Assembly: GCF_009914755.1 (NCBI RefSeq)
Contig: NC_060933.1
Strand: one strand, 5' to 3'
From: the human T2T-CHM13v2.0 reference genome, Homo sapiens
Length of the DNA: 64,000 nucleotides
Shown here: positions 63,857 to 64,000 of the stretch, in pieces
Numbering within the stretch: position 1 is the first letter of the stretch
How the letters are laid out: the number at the start of each line of letters is the position of its first letter
Made by a program: the position numbers and the translations under genes
The notes under the pieces: model-generated
What the model saw: only the letters and a program-made list of their open reading frames with translations
Told to the model about the DNA's origin: nothing
Databases searched by the model: none

Positions 63857-63859
63857 TAG

Positions 63860-64000
63860 TACATAGTCGTTAAGTTAAAAGGTTTGAGACTCAGACTGCC
63901 AGGTTCTCCCTGGCCCCACCACTTACTAGAATGTCCCCTCAGACAGATTACAATAGCTGTTTGTACCTTAGTGAAATTATCTGTAAAATGGGAATTACCA
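63860..64000 (+). mobile_element. MIR SINE (runs off the window)
   Basis: tcagactgcc...ccaccacttactag...atctgtaaaatggg. Confidence 0.7.

Overview
Primate (very likely human) genomic DNA lying entirely inside the large neuronal gene ASTN2 (astrotactin-2), which is transcribed on the minus strand. Only one recognisable coding exon is present: 108 nt at 19956-20063, phase 1-1, encoding (G)GISFGRAKGTSGSEADDETQLTFYTEQYRSRRRSK(G); from memory this is exon 5. The rest is intron, dominated by interspersed repeats: about 17 Alus, many MIR/L2 copies, old L1s, an L3/CR1, MaLR/ERV1/ERVL LTR elements, hAT and mariner DNA-transposon fossils, and microsatellites. Apart from the ORF containing this exon, the ORF track looks like noise (repeat-derived or chance). 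The best candidate for something undescribed is a 24-nt frame-preserving micro-exon at 43174-43197 (minus strand). It has a branch point, an AG-free pyrimidine tract, CAG and GTGAGT splice sites and a downstream RBFOX UGCAUG, and would add ESSSFKQT to ASTN2. Repeat subfamily names and boundaries were read by eye and are approximate.
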